From Chloroflexota bacterium (GTDB taxonomy: Bacteria > Chloroflexota > Dehalococcoidia > UBA2979): DNA of 46,928 nucleotides. The stretch covers positions 1-46,928 of the forward strand of contig PBEG01000004.1 in NCBI GenBank assembly GCA_002718395.1. The letters run 5' to 3'. Both the position numbers and the translations under genes were made by a program. Positions 1 to 8,812 of the stretch are shown piece by piece. Each line of letters begins with the position of its first letter. Position 1 is the first letter of the stretch. Below the pieces are notes generated by a model. The model was not told where the DNA came from and did not search any database. It was given only the letters and a program-made list of their open reading frames with translations.

Positions 1-1
1 T

Positions 2-67
2 GATGAAGCACCTGCTGAAGAAGCACCTGCTGAAGAAGCAGGCGAAGAAACTGAAAAAGATAAATAA
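2..67 (+). CDS. 3' end of a window-truncated upstream CDS; by position probably ribosomal protein L10
   Basis: Frame 2 reads ...[21 protein letters not shown], with TAA at 65-67, 19 nt before the rplL ATG. rplJ-rplL adjacency is near-universal. The K/L-rich N-terminal part of track ORF 3..464 is the out-of-frame reading of this tail. Confidence 0.4.
   Translation, partial: DEAPAEEAPAEEAGEETEKDK
5..34 (+). repeat. Perfect 15-bp tandem duplication (gaagcacctgctgaa x2, then a partial third copy gaagca), in frame, encoding [10 protein letters not shown]
   Basis: Read directly from the sequence: 5-19 is identical to 20-34. Confidence 0.9.
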
Positions 68-86
68 TTTTAGAAAGGAAATTATC

Positions 87-464
87 ATGGCTGATAAAGT
101 TGCAGATCTTTTAGAAACAATAAAATCATTAACAATTATTGAATTAAGAGATCTAAATAAAGCAATGGAAGAGGAATTTGGTGTTGTGGCTGCAGCACCT
201 GTAGCAGCTGCTGCAGGTGGCGGAGCTGCTGCTGAAGAAGGCGGAGCAGAAAAAGATTCATTCACTGTAATGCTAACTGATGCTGGAGCAAACAAAATCA
301 ATGTAATCAAAGCAGTAAGAGGATTAACAACTCTTGGCTTGAAAGATGCAAAAGATTTAGTTGAAAGTGCACCAAAGCCTATTAAAGAAAATGCTAACAA
401 AGATGACGCAGAAGCTGCAAAAGCTGCACTTGAAGAAGCTGGTGCAACTGTTGAGTTGCAATAG
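87..464 (+). CDS. rplL: 50S ribosomal protein L7/L12
   Basis: [33 protein letters not shown], then an Ala/Gly hinge and a C-terminal domain ([18 protein letters not shown]...EAGATVEL). ATG at 87 is preceded by AAAGGAA. Confidence 0.95.
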   Translation: MADKVADLLETIKSLTIIELRDLNKAMEEEFGVVAAAPVAAAAGGGAAAEEGGAEKDSFTVMLTDAGANKINVIKAVRGLTTLGLKDAKDLVESAPKPIKENANKDDAEAAKAALEEAGATVELQ

Positions 465-467
465 TAT

Positions 468-503
468 TATTTGTTCAATAGACTAATAAATAACGAACAA
501 ATA
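468..503 (+). terminator. Possible weak hairpin after rplL (9-bp stem tatttgttc / gaacaaata, 18-nt loop)
   Basis: Perfect inverted repeat 468-476 / 495-503. The stem is AT-rich and there is no clear U-tract, so terminator function is uncertain. Confidence 0.3.
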
Positions 504-515
504 TAAAGTAATAAT

Positions 516-1109
516 ATGCTATGTCCTCTTTGCAATAATATTGCGACCGTTGAATGCTCAATATGTGAGAAGATGTTTTGTAATGCTTGTTGTGATGTTT
601 TATGCAAAAATTGTTCTACCCCTGATATAAAAGATGATGAAATAATAGTCTATAAGGGCTCATTGTTTCTATTATTAGTAGCTTCAATATTCTTCACATG
701 GTTCATTTTTGATAATCAAAACCTACTTAATAATTCCAATGAAGTGCAACAAAGTATCATTGTCGAAGAAACCAATGAAATCAACCAAGATACAAAAGAT
801 GTTATTGCAATTAATACACCCATTACTATATCTATTCCAGTAACTCAAAAAAGTGAACCAGAAGAAACAACTGATACAAATGATAAAAAAACTGAAGAAG
901 AAATAAAAGTCGAAAAACCAGAACCTGAAAAACCAAAATACGAAATATACACTGTTAAAGAAGGAGACTCTTTATATGCGATTGCTATGGAATATATAGT
1001 TCTAGGGCAAGACATTGATGAATATCTTGAAAAAGTTGCAAATTTGAATGGAATTAATAACCCAAATGATATTCAAATTGGTCAAAAAATTCGTATACCA
1101 ACTGAATAA
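516..1109 (+). CDS. Single-pass membrane protein: N-terminal Cys-rich (9 Cys in 33 aa) zinc-finger-like module, TM helix, E/K/T-rich linker, C-terminal LysM domain
   Basis: MLCPLCNN..CSICEKMFCNACCDVLCKNC (four CxxC pairs). Hydrophobic segment SLFLLLVASIFFTWFIF. C-terminal YTVKEGDSLYAIAMEY...NGINNPNDIQIGQKIRIP matches the LysM pattern. Confidence 0.7.
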   Translation: MLCPLCNNIATVECSICEKMFCNACCDVLCKNCSTPDIKDDEIIVYKGSLFLLLVASIFFTWFIFDNQNLLNNSNEVQQSIIVEETNEINQDTKDVIAINTPITISIPVTQKSEPEETTDTNDKKTEEEIKVEKPEPEKPKYEIYTVKEGDSLYAIAMEYIVLGQDIDEYLEKVANLNGINNPNDIQIGQKIRIPTE

Positions 1110-1133
1110 TAAATTATTAATAAGATATAAAAC

Positions 1134-1532
1134 ATGAACAAAAAACTATCTAGTCTTGAAACATTATTTTATATGGTAATTTTTCTATTGTGTTTGGCAG
1201 GATTTATTTATTTCCTGCTTTCTGTTTTACAAGGTAACACTGGGTCGCTCATTGGTTTAATTTTTACACTTGTACTCGGTGGAGCCAGCTTATATCAATC
1301 ATATATCAATTTCATGGACAATAAAGTTGGTCCACAAACATTAACTGGTAAAATAGATTACATATGGAAAAGTCATGGAATATTTTCTATGGGTAAAAGT
1401 TCTTATTTTAAAATAAACAACAAAATTTTTTTAATTCAAAATGAATTAATTAAAGAAATTTCTAAAGAAAATGATATTAAAATAATCTACATGCCATTTT
1501 CAAAAACAATAATTAGTTTAGAAAAAATTTGA
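1134..1532 (+). CDS. Small membrane protein of unknown function (two N-terminal TM helices plus a soluble C-terminal part)
   Basis: ORF with hydrophobic segments MVIFLLCLAGFIYFLLSVL and LIGLIFTLVLGGASL. It lies 24 nt after the LysM gene and 10 nt before cvpA. No recognisable motif. Confidence 0.55.
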   Translation: MNKKLSSLETLFYMVIFLLCLAGFIYFLLSVLQGNTGSLIGLIFTLVLGGASLYQSYINFMDNKVGPQTLTGKIDYIWKSHGIFSMGKSSYFKINNKIFLIQNELIKEISKENDIKIIYMPFSKTIISLEKI

Positions 1533-1542
1533 TAAGGCGATT

Positions 1543-2040
1543 ATGGAAAACTTATTTGATTATTTCAGCATAGCAACTATAATATTTTTTGTTTTCAAAG
1601 GGTACAAAAATGGGATTATTATTGAAATTGCAACAGGAGTAGGAATATTTGTTGGCTTGATAATTGCAAAATCATTTTATTCTGAATTATCAAATAACAT
1701 CAACTTTTTAATTGAAGAAAAATTATCTAGAGAAATTTTTGCCTTTTTAAGTCTGTTTGTTTCTAGCATAATCCTTGCAAATATTTTAGGGAGAATACTA
1801 AAGCAAATCATAGGATTAATTTTTCTTGGACAATTAGATAAATTTTTAGGAGCTGGTTTTGGTCTATTAAAATCTATTCTAATTCTTAAAATAATCATTT
1901 TGTTAATAAGCAACATACCTTTGGAAAATCAGTTGGTTAATAGTGCTAAAAACAGTTACGTTGAAAATAATATCAACGTTGATCAAAATACCTTATATGA
2001 AAATCTTATAAAAATGCTTCCAGATGAAATTAAAAATTAG
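1543..2040 (+). CDS. cvpA: CvpA-family inner membrane protein (colicin V production protein family)
   Basis: The N-terminal DYFSIATIIFFVFKGYKNGIIIEIATGVGIFVGLIIA and central LGQLDKFLGAGFGLLKSILILKIIILLI resemble E. coli CvpA (...LIRGFVREA..., ...LSGTDRVLGVCFGALRGVLIV...). Confidence 0.7.
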   Translation: MENLFDYFSIATIIFFVFKGYKNGIIIEIATGVGIFVGLIIAKSFYSELSNNINFLIEEKLSREIFAFLSLFVSSIILANILGRILKQIIGLIFLGQLDKFLGAGFGLLKSILILKIIILLISNIPLENQLVNSAKNSYVENNINVDQNTLYENLIKMLPDEIKN

Positions 2041-2801
2041 TAATACGACCCATCTCTTCTATCAGTTATAAGAGTATATGGCCGCATTGCAATTTCATCT
2101 CTAATATCAACCAAACACTTCAAACAAGAATCTATATCATCATATCCAATATCATTAATTATCTCTAAGATTTTTTCACCAGATTGCACAAAAGCAGGAA
2201 AATCTTTTTTTATTGATTTTGAAAGACCTCTCCACATATCGGAGGGATGAAAAAGTGAATATTTGGCATAAATTAATGAAAAGAATTGAAGAGTTGGGTG
2301 ACCTGAATTATTAAAACCATCTTCTTCTTCAGGATTAAGCATTTTTAATAAGTCTTTTAAGCCTTGATGCCTTTGTTCGTCTTCCCAATCCATATTAAAA
2401 TCGATTGATTCCATCGTTTTTTCTGCATGTAAGCTTAATACAAATTCTTTGAGTGTCATTCGTGATAAAACTACTCCATCTGGTTCTTCTTCATCTTCAT
2501 TCTTGACGGCATCAGGGAATTGATCAATTCTTTGCTTAACATGACATAAAGCAGTTCCAAGAATATGGGGTATAGCATGTGTAGGTATATCAGAACGTAA
2601 ATAAATATATGGATTATCATCAACCCATTGAATTCTGGAAAGCAACCCATCGTCTTGCGGTAATATAACTAACTTGCGTTCTAGTTCACTGTCGCCCTTG
2701 GCTTCTTTTGATTTTTCAGAAAACATATTTGCCAAACCAACCACTACAGATTCAAACAAATCATCTAACTGATTACCAATTTCTCGTTCAAGTACTATCA
2801 T
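2037..2801 (-). CDS. Hypothetical acidic cytoplasmic protein, 254 aa, no recognised domain
   Basis: Long ORF with AAGGGA 7 nt upstream of the ATG. No TM segment or known motif seen. Its stop codon overlaps the cvpA stop (TTAG, 2037-2040). Confidence 0.6.
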   Translation of the reverse strand: MIVLEREIGNQLDDLFESVVVGLANMFSEKSKEAKGDSELERKLVILPQDDGLLSRIQWVDDNPYIYLRSDIPTHAIPHILGTALCHVKQRIDQFPDAVKNEDEEEPDGVVLSRMTLKEFVLSLHAEKTMESIDFNMDWEDEQRHQGLKDLLKMLNPEEEDGFNNSGHPTLQFFSLIYAKYSLFHPSDMWRGLSKSIKKDFPAFVQSGEKILEIINDIGYDDIDSCLKCLVDIRDEIAMRPYTLITDRRDGSYY

Positions 2802-2874
2802 TTCAATCCCTTACTAATAAATAAATTATATTAATTAAACTATATTATCTAGCTTTTTATAAAAAAACAGCTAC

Positions 2875-3702
2875 CTAATCAATCATTGGATAAGACCCTA
2901 ATACTTTAATCCAATCTGCAATTTCTGTGATATCTTTGATTACTTTTTTTAAAGGCTCGTTGTCACAATGAGAATAAACATCAACTAGAAAAACATAAGT
3001 TCCTAATTTTGATTTAGTTGGCCTAGATTCAATTTTAGTTAAGTTAAGTTTTTGAGATGAAAATAAGTGTAATATCTCAACTAGAGAACCAGGTTTATCA
3101 TGTTGCGTAGTAAATGCAATAGAAGTTTTGTCATTACCTGAAGGAGAATTTAATGATTTCCCAATTACAACAAATCTAGTAAAATTATCCAAATTATCTG
3201 CAAAATCTTTTTTATAAACTATAGCATTATATTGTTTTGCTGCATGATAGGAGGCAATCGCACAAGCATTATCAATAGACATAGCTGATTCGACTGCAGC
3301 TGCAGTCGAAGTTGATGCTATAAGGTCAATCTGGTTTCCAAGACTAGCTATAGACTCTCTGCATTGTGCTAATGCTTGAGGATGAGAATATATTGCATCA
3401 ATTTGACTTAAATCAATCCCGCTCTTACCTACCAAAAGATGATCAATCTTAATCACAAGTTCGCTAAAAATTTTCAAATCATGTTTAGGATTAATCAAAA
3501 TATCAATTACTTCGTTAACAGATCCTTCTAAAGAATTCTCTATTGCGCAAACAGCAAATTCTGAGATCCCTTTTTCAACATTCATCATAGCCTCAGACAT
3601 AGTATGAGATGAAATTAATTGTGCATTCGGATCATACTCAAGAGCAGCAAATTCAGAATTAGTACCCTGAGGTCCAAGAAAACTAATTTTAGTATCACTC
3701 AT
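2875..3702 (-). CDS. pheA: Prephenate dehydratase (PDT plus ACT domains)
   Basis: ISFLGPQGTNSEFAA, the TRF motif (NFTRFVVIG), the ESRP motif (KIESRPTK), and a C-terminal ACT-like region. Confidence 0.9.
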   Translation of the reverse strand: MSDTKISFLGPQGTNSEFAALEYDPNAQLISSHTMSEAMMNVEKGISEFAVCAIENSLEGSVNEVIDILINPKHDLKIFSELVIKIDHLLVGKSGIDLSQIDAIYSHPQALAQCRESIASLGNQIDLIASTSTAAAVESAMSIDNACAIASYHAAKQYNAIVYKKDFADNLDNFTRFVVIGKSLNSPSGNDKTSIAFTTQHDKPGSLVEILHLFSSQKLNLTKIESRPTKSKLGTYVFLVDVYSHCDNEPLKKVIKDITEIADWIKVLGSYPMID

Positions 3703-4312
3703 GAAGCACCTCTATCCACATATCAAATTCCTTTGAGCCAACAAATTCAATAAAACCAACAGTACCTAACTGTGGATTAAAATTATACGGCAACAATGCA
3801 GAACCAGAATTAATTATATATGAAGAATTTGATATTGACTGCACAACAGGAACATGAGTATCACCGGCAACAACAATATGTACATCTTGACCAAACTTTT
3901 CTTTCATTTGATTGTCCACGCTAATACCTAATCTTGGATCAAAAATGAATGAATGAGTTAAACCAATTGAAAAAGAATTAATATGTATTAACTGATTTAA
4001 ATTAACACTTGGATGGCTAGGCATAATTGGCCTACCACTACTACCATCATCACCGTTTCCACGACAAGCCAAAACAGGAGCAATTGTTTCTAATTCTTTC
4101 AGAACAGACAAATCATGCATGTCGCCTGCATGTAAAATAATGTCTACTTCTTTAAAAGCATTAAAAACTTCAGGCCATAAACTTTTACCAGCTTCAGGTA
4201 TGTGTGTATCAGATATTAATCCAATTAAATTAATATTATTAAGACTGTGAACTCCGATTTTACTCTTCAGATTATCCAAATTATTCTTTCCTATAAGTAT
4301 TAATTTTAACAC
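3695..4312 (-). CDS. Metallophosphoesterase, YfcE/MJ0936-like
   Basis: Motifs GLISDTHIP, ILHAGDMHD, RGNGDD and VVAGDTHVP. Overlaps the pheA start by 8 nt. Confidence 0.8.
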   Translation of the reverse strand: MLKLILIGKNNLDNLKSKIGVHSLNNINLIGLISDTHIPEAGKSLWPEVFNAFKEVDIILHAGDMHDLSVLKELETIAPVLACRGNGDDGSSGRPIMPSHPSVNLNQLIHINSFSIGLTHSFIFDPRLGISVDNQMKEKFGQDVHIVVAGDTHVPVVQSISNSSYIINSGSALLPYNFNPQLGTVGFIEFVGSKEFDMWIEVLHE

Positions 4313-4413
4313 AATATATTTGTATATTAATCTTATAATTTAGTTAGCAATGATATATTTATATTATGTATTTTATATCCTTGATAAAAACATATGCAAA
4401 TTAAGGAAATTTC

Positions 4414-5340
4414 ATGGCGGGTAAAACAAAAAAAAATTCAAAGAATGTAAAAGTTGACCAGCACAAATTAAATATTGGGCTCGCGCAAATGTTAAAAGGC
4501 GGGGTAATAATGGATGTTGTGACACCTGATCAAGCTAAATTAGCAGAAGATGCTGGCGCATGCTCCGTAATGGCCTTAGAAAGGGTCCCGTCAGATATAC
4601 GTGCTGCAGGTGGAGTAGCGAGGATGAGCCACGTAAAACTAATTGAATCAATTTGTAAAGCAGTTAGTATACCTGTAATGGCTAAGGTTAGAATAGGACA
4701 TTTTGTAGAAGCGCAAATCTTAGAATCTATTGGGGTAGATTATATTGATGAATCAGAAGTTTTAACTCCAGCAGATGAACAATTTCATATACAAAAAAAT
4801 AATTTTAAGACGCCTTTTGTTTGTGGCGCACGTAATTTAGGGGAGGCAGTAAGAAGAATTCATGAAGGGGCTGCAATGATTAGAACAAAAGGAGAGGCAG
4901 GAACAGGAGACATTGTTGAAGCCGTACGACATATGCGAACAATTAATGAAGAAATAATTTCTTTAAACAAAATGAGTGCTGTGAAATTAAACAAGAAGGC
5001 AAAAGAAATGAGGGTTCCTATAGCTATATTAAAAGACATACGAAAAAATAAAAAACTTCCTGTAGTCAATTTTGCCGCAGGTGGAATTGCTACGCCAGCT
5101 GATGCAGCCCTTATGATGCAATTAGGTTCAGAAGGTGTTTTTGTAGGCTCAGGGATCTTTAAATCCTCAGAACAATACAGAGAGCAGTTAACCTTAGCAA
5201 AAAGCATTGTTAAGGCTGTAACCAATTATGATAAACCAGATATACTGCGTAACGTCTCTTCAAAAATAACAAGCACAATGAAAGGACAATCAGCAGATAG
5301 TTTAGTAAATAATGAAAAACTTTCTATGAGAGGCAATTAA
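4414..5340 (+). CDS. pdxS: Pyridoxal 5'-phosphate synthase subunit PdxS
   Basis: [50 protein letters not shown]...[23 protein letters not shown]. Confidence 0.95.
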   Translation: MAGKTKKNSKNVKVDQHKLNIGLAQMLKGGVIMDVVTPDQAKLAEDAGACSVMALERVPSDIRAAGGVARMSHVKLIESICKAVSIPVMAKVRIGHFVEAQILESIGVDYIDESEVLTPADEQFHIQKNNFKTPFVCGARNLGEAVRRIHEGAAMIRTKGEAGTGDIVEAVRHMRTINEEIISLNKMSAVKLNKKAKEMRVPIAILKDIRKNKKLPVVNFAAGGIATPADAALMMQLGSEGVFVGSGIFKSSEQYREQLTLAKSIVKAVTNYDKPDILRNVSSKITSTMKGQSADSLVNNEKLSMRGN

Positions 5341-5350
5341 GCGAGGAACT

Positions 5351-5944
5351 TTGAAAAAAAATACAAACTATCCAACAATTGGGGTCTTGGGCTTACAAGG
5401 AGATTTTCAAGAGCACATTGAAATATTAACAAAACTACAAATTCCATATATTAAAGTAACAAGTAGTGAAGATTTAGATAAAATTAATGGTTTGATCATT
5501 CCTGGTGGAGAAAGCACAACAATAATTAAACTTTTAAAAACAAATAATATATTTAAAAAGCTGAAAAAGAAAATACAATTAGGTTTACCAACATGGGGGA
5601 CATGTGCAGGTGCAATTGTACTAGCAAAAAAAGTAACTGGCTTAAAATTAGAGACATTAAAAATTTTAGAGATTGATGTTGCCAGAAATGCTTACGGAAG
5701 ACAAAAGGAATCATTTTCTGCAGATGTCAGCATACCCAAATTAAACAAAAACAGATTCCCTGGAATTTTTATTAGAGCTCCAAAAATTAATAAAATTTCA
5801 AGTAAAATAAAACCAATAGCAAAATTAAAAAATGGTGAAATTGTAGGTATAGAAGAAAAAAATATTATAGTAACTACATTTCATCCAGAATTAACACAGG
5901 ATGATAGTTTGCATAAATATTTTTTAAAAAAAATCTCACATTAG
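5351..5944 (+). CDS. pdxT: Pyridoxal 5'-phosphate synthase glutaminase subunit PdxT
   Basis: IGVLGLQGDFQEH, PGGESTT, WGTCAG and FHPELT. TTG start with GAGGAA upstream. Confidence 0.9.
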   Translation: MKKNTNYPTIGVLGLQGDFQEHIEILTKLQIPYIKVTSSEDLDKINGLIIPGGESTTIIKLLKTNNIFKKLKKKIQLGLPTWGTCAGAIVLAKKVTGLKLETLKILEIDVARNAYGRQKESFSADVSIPKLNKNRFPGIFIRAPKINKISSKIKPIAKLKNGEIVGIEEKNIIVTTFHPELTQDDSLHKYFLKKISH

Positions 5945-5951
5945 GAAAAAA

Positions 5952-7322
5952 ATGACATCTGACAAAAACATGGAAAATGAGATTGACAAGTTTATAAAGA
6001 TTTTTCCATTACCAATACAAAAACAAATAAATAAACTAGAAAAGAATGAGCTAATTGAAGTTATTATAGATTTAGGTCGGCCTTTCAAAATCAGACTAAA
6101 AGAAGATGAATTCGAAATTTCTAAAAGAAAAGTAAACGCAAAAGATTTACTTCAGATCACAAAAAAATTATCTGGTTTTGGAGATGATAACCGAGCAGGA
6201 CTAGAAAATACACTACACAGAATATCAGCCATAAGAAACAGGGAACAAAAAATAATTGGAATAACTGCAAGAGTAGGCAGAAGTATTAATGGATCAGCAA
6301 AATTCATTCAAGATTACGCTTCGCTTGGAAAAAGCATTTTGCTGCTTGGGAAACCAGGCATAGGAAAAACAACTATGTTAAGAGAGTTAGCCAGAATTTC
6401 AGCTGAAGATTTAAATAAAAGAGTCATTATAGTAGATACGTCTAATGAAATAGCAGGCGATGGAGATGTGGCTCACTATGGCATTGGTAATGCAAGAAGA
6501 ATGCAAGTTGCATCAACTCATCTACAACACAAAACTATGATTGAAGCAGTAGAAAACCACAATCCGGAAGTGATAGTAATTGATGAAATAAGCACTAAAG
6601 AAGAAACTGAAGCAGCAAGAACTATTGCAGAAAGAGGAGTGCAACTTATTGCTACTGCTCATGGCAATCAATTATCTAATCTTATGCAAAATCCTATTTT
6701 ATGTGATTTAGTTGGCGGCATAGAGCCAGTTACACTAGGAGACGAAGAAGCAAAACGAAGAGGTACGCAAAAAATTGTTCTTGAAAGAAGAAGCCCACCC
6801 ACGTTTGAAACATTAGTGGAAATAAAATCATTTAATAAAGTTGCTGTATACAAAGATACTGCAGCAACTATCGATAAAATTTTACGTGGCAGCAAAATAT
6901 CACCTGAAGTAAGAGAGCTGGACAAAAAAAACAACGTAATGATAAGCAAAAAAACAACTTCAAATGATAAAGTGGAAAACCTGCAAGTAAAAAAAATTCA
7001 TCCTTATGCAATAGATAAAACAAGAGTCCAAGAAGTTATTGATGAGTCTGCCTTGCCTTTCAATGTGACAACAAAAATAGAAGATGCAGACTTAGTAATA
7101 ACTCTACGCCCTCATTTTAGAAGCAAAAAGGGTCCGTTAAAAGAAGCAGAAAACAACAATATTCCTATTCATATTTTACGTAATAATACAAGAACACAAA
7201 TCTTTCAAGTTTTATCAAAAATTGAAATTAGTGATTTAAAGAAAAGACAGAATGATAGTATAAATGCAAAATTAGAAGAAGTATCAGACCTACATGAAGA
7301 GTTAGAAAAACAATATGGTTAA
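5952..7322 (+). CDS. AAA/P-loop ATPase of the Ycf45 / SpoIIIAA-like family, with a long C-terminal extension
   Basis: Walker A GKPGIGKTTMLRELAR; IVDTSNEIAGDGDVAHYGIGNARRMQV; Walker B VIVIDEIST; ATAHG. Confidence 0.7.
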   Translation: MTSDKNMENEIDKFIKIFPLPIQKQINKLEKNELIEVIIDLGRPFKIRLKEDEFEISKRKVNAKDLLQITKKLSGFGDDNRAGLENTLHRISAIRNREQKIIGITARVGRSINGSAKFIQDYASLGKSILLLGKPGIGKTTMLRELARISAEDLNKRVIIVDTSNEIAGDGDVAHYGIGNARRMQVASTHLQHKTMIEAVENHNPEVIVIDEISTKEETEAARTIAERGVQLIATAHGNQLSNLMQNPILCDLVGGIEPVTLGDEEAKRRGTQKIVLERRSPPTFETLVEIKSFNKVAVYKDTAATIDKILRGSKISPEVRELDKKNNVMISKKTTSNDKVENLQVKKIHPYAIDKTRVQEVIDESALPFNVTTKIEDADLVITLRPHFRSKKGPLKEAENNNIPIHILRNNTRTQIFQVLSKIEISDLKKRQNDSINAKLEEVSDLHEELEKQYG

Positions 7323-7938
7323 TAAAGAAAATCTGTTCATAACTTTTGAAGGCGGAGAAGGCGCAGGTAAATCTACACAAGCCAAATTATTAGAAGAGTA
7401 CCTCAAGGGAATAGGCAAACAAACACTTTTAATCAGAGAACCCGGCGCCACAAATATGGGTGAAAAAATAAGAAAAATAATCAGCGAGAATGAAGAAACA
7501 ATTGAACCACTAACAGAATTATTTTTGTTCTCTGCTGCAAGAAAGGAATTAGTTGAAAAAGTTATTCAACCAGCCTTAGCGCAAAATATAACAGTAATAT
7601 GTGATAGGTACATAGATTCTACAATTGCTTACCAACATTTCGGAAGAAATATTGAATTACAAACTGTTTTGTCTGTCATAAAATTAACAACTCTAAATCT
7701 ATTGCCAGATTTAACTATACTGTTAGATATAAACTATAAAGAAATGATTAAGAGAAAAACTAATAATTTAGATTATTTTGAAAGAGAAGAAGAAGAATTC
7801 CATAAAAAAATTCAAAATGGATATAATAAATTAGCAAAACAGGAACCGCAAAGGTGGAAAGTGTTCAGTGCAAATTCAACAGAGATGGAAATTTCTGAAA
7901 AAATTATCGAAACTGTAAATCAAATGGGGATAACGTGA
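7315..7938 (+). CDS. tmk: Thymidylate kinase
   Basis: FITFEGGEGAGKSTQAKLL...REPGAT...DRYIDSTIAYQ. Overlaps the upstream gene by 8 nt. Confidence 0.92.
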   Translation: MVNKENLFITFEGGEGAGKSTQAKLLEEYLKGIGKQTLLIREPGATNMGEKIRKIISENEETIEPLTELFLFSAARKELVEKVIQPALAQNITVICDRYIDSTIAYQHFGRNIELQTVLSVIKLTTLNLLPDLTILLDINYKEMIKRKTNNLDYFEREEEEFHKKIQNGYNKLAKQEPQRWKVFSANSTEMEISEKIIETVNQMGIT

Positions 7939-8801
7939 AGATCAAAATAAAAATTCCGGCAACAAGCGCTAATTTAGGACCAGGCTTTGATACTCTAGGC
8001 ATGGCATTAAGCTGGAAATATGAATACACAATCATGTCAACGCGTAAAGAAAACCAAACTGACATTAAATCAAAAATGGTACAAAAGGGCTTTAATAGTA
8101 TATTCAAAAAATATGGTCAAAAGAAAATTCCGAATATTAAAATTAATACTTCTAAAAACATACTCATAGGTAAAGGGTTAGGTACATCAGCTGCGTGTTA
8201 TTTAGCTGGAATAGAAGCAGCTAATATATTTCTCCAAGACCCATTTAATAAAGAAGAAAAATTAAAGGAAGCGATAGCCATCGAAGGGCACGCTGATAAT
8301 ATTATGCCAGCGTATTATGGAGGATTACAAATAATTGTTAAAAATGAAAATTCTAATGAAATATCAAATTTAAAAATCAAAGTTAATAATAAAATTAAGC
8401 TTCTGGTTCTGGTCCCTTCCTTTTCAATGCCGACAAAAAAAACAAGAAAATCAATTAAGAAAACAGTAGCAATCGAAGATGTTGTGTTTAATATGAGCCG
8501 GTCTATATTATTATCACATGCTCTCGAATCAGGTAAGTATCATTACCTAAATGAGGCAACAAAAGATATGTTACACCAAAAAAATAGAAGTCAATTTTTT
8601 CCTGAGATGTTTCAAGTGTTTGACGCAGGCGTATCAAATGGTGCTCATGGTGTCTATTTATCAGGCGGGGGGCCAACAATAGGTGCCTTTGTAACAAAGA
8701 ACGTGGAAAAAATAGGTCAATCCATGACCAATGCACTAAATGATGCTAATAGTATAATGAAACTATGCACAATCGTGAATTCGGGTATACAGATAGATTA
8801 A
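7935..8801 (+). CDS. thrB: Homoserine kinase
   Basis: PATSANLGPGFD and the GHMP motif GKGLGTSAA. The GTG start overlaps the tmk TGA (GTGA), with GGGGA upstream. Confidence 0.88.
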   Translation: MKIKIKIPATSANLGPGFDTLGMALSWKYEYTIMSTRKENQTDIKSKMVQKGFNSIFKKYGQKKIPNIKINTSKNILIGKGLGTSAACYLAGIEAANIFLQDPFNKEEKLKEAIAIEGHADNIMPAYYGGLQIIVKNENSNEISNLKIKVNNKIKLLVLVPSFSMPTKKTRKSIKKTVAIEDVVFNMSRSILLSHALESGKYHYLNEATKDMLHQKNRSQFFPEMFQVFDAGVSNGAHGVYLSGGGPTIGAFVTKNVEKIGQSMTNALNDANSIMKLCTIVNSGIQID

Positions 8802-8812
8802 TGGCATAAATT

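Noticed and set aside
3-86. K/L-rich N-terminal extension of the rplL ORF ([12 protein letters not shown]...)
   Set aside because: It is the out-of-frame reading of the acidic C-terminal tail of the upstream gene. rplL has a proper ATG with an SD at 87 and the normal length from there.
4860-5225. Antisense ORF inside pdxS. Similar antisense or alternate-frame ORFs occur inside other genes: 1677-1916, 6668-6949, 15032-15403, 17108-17344, 20263-20742, 23061-23462, 23589-23948, 24918-25463, 27293-27640, 32136-32480, 34868-35182, 35867-36337, 36341-36700, 43020-43286 and others
   Set aside because: All lie fully inside well-supported conserved genes, lack RBSs, and have low-complexity or hydrophobic compositions typical of chance antisense frames.
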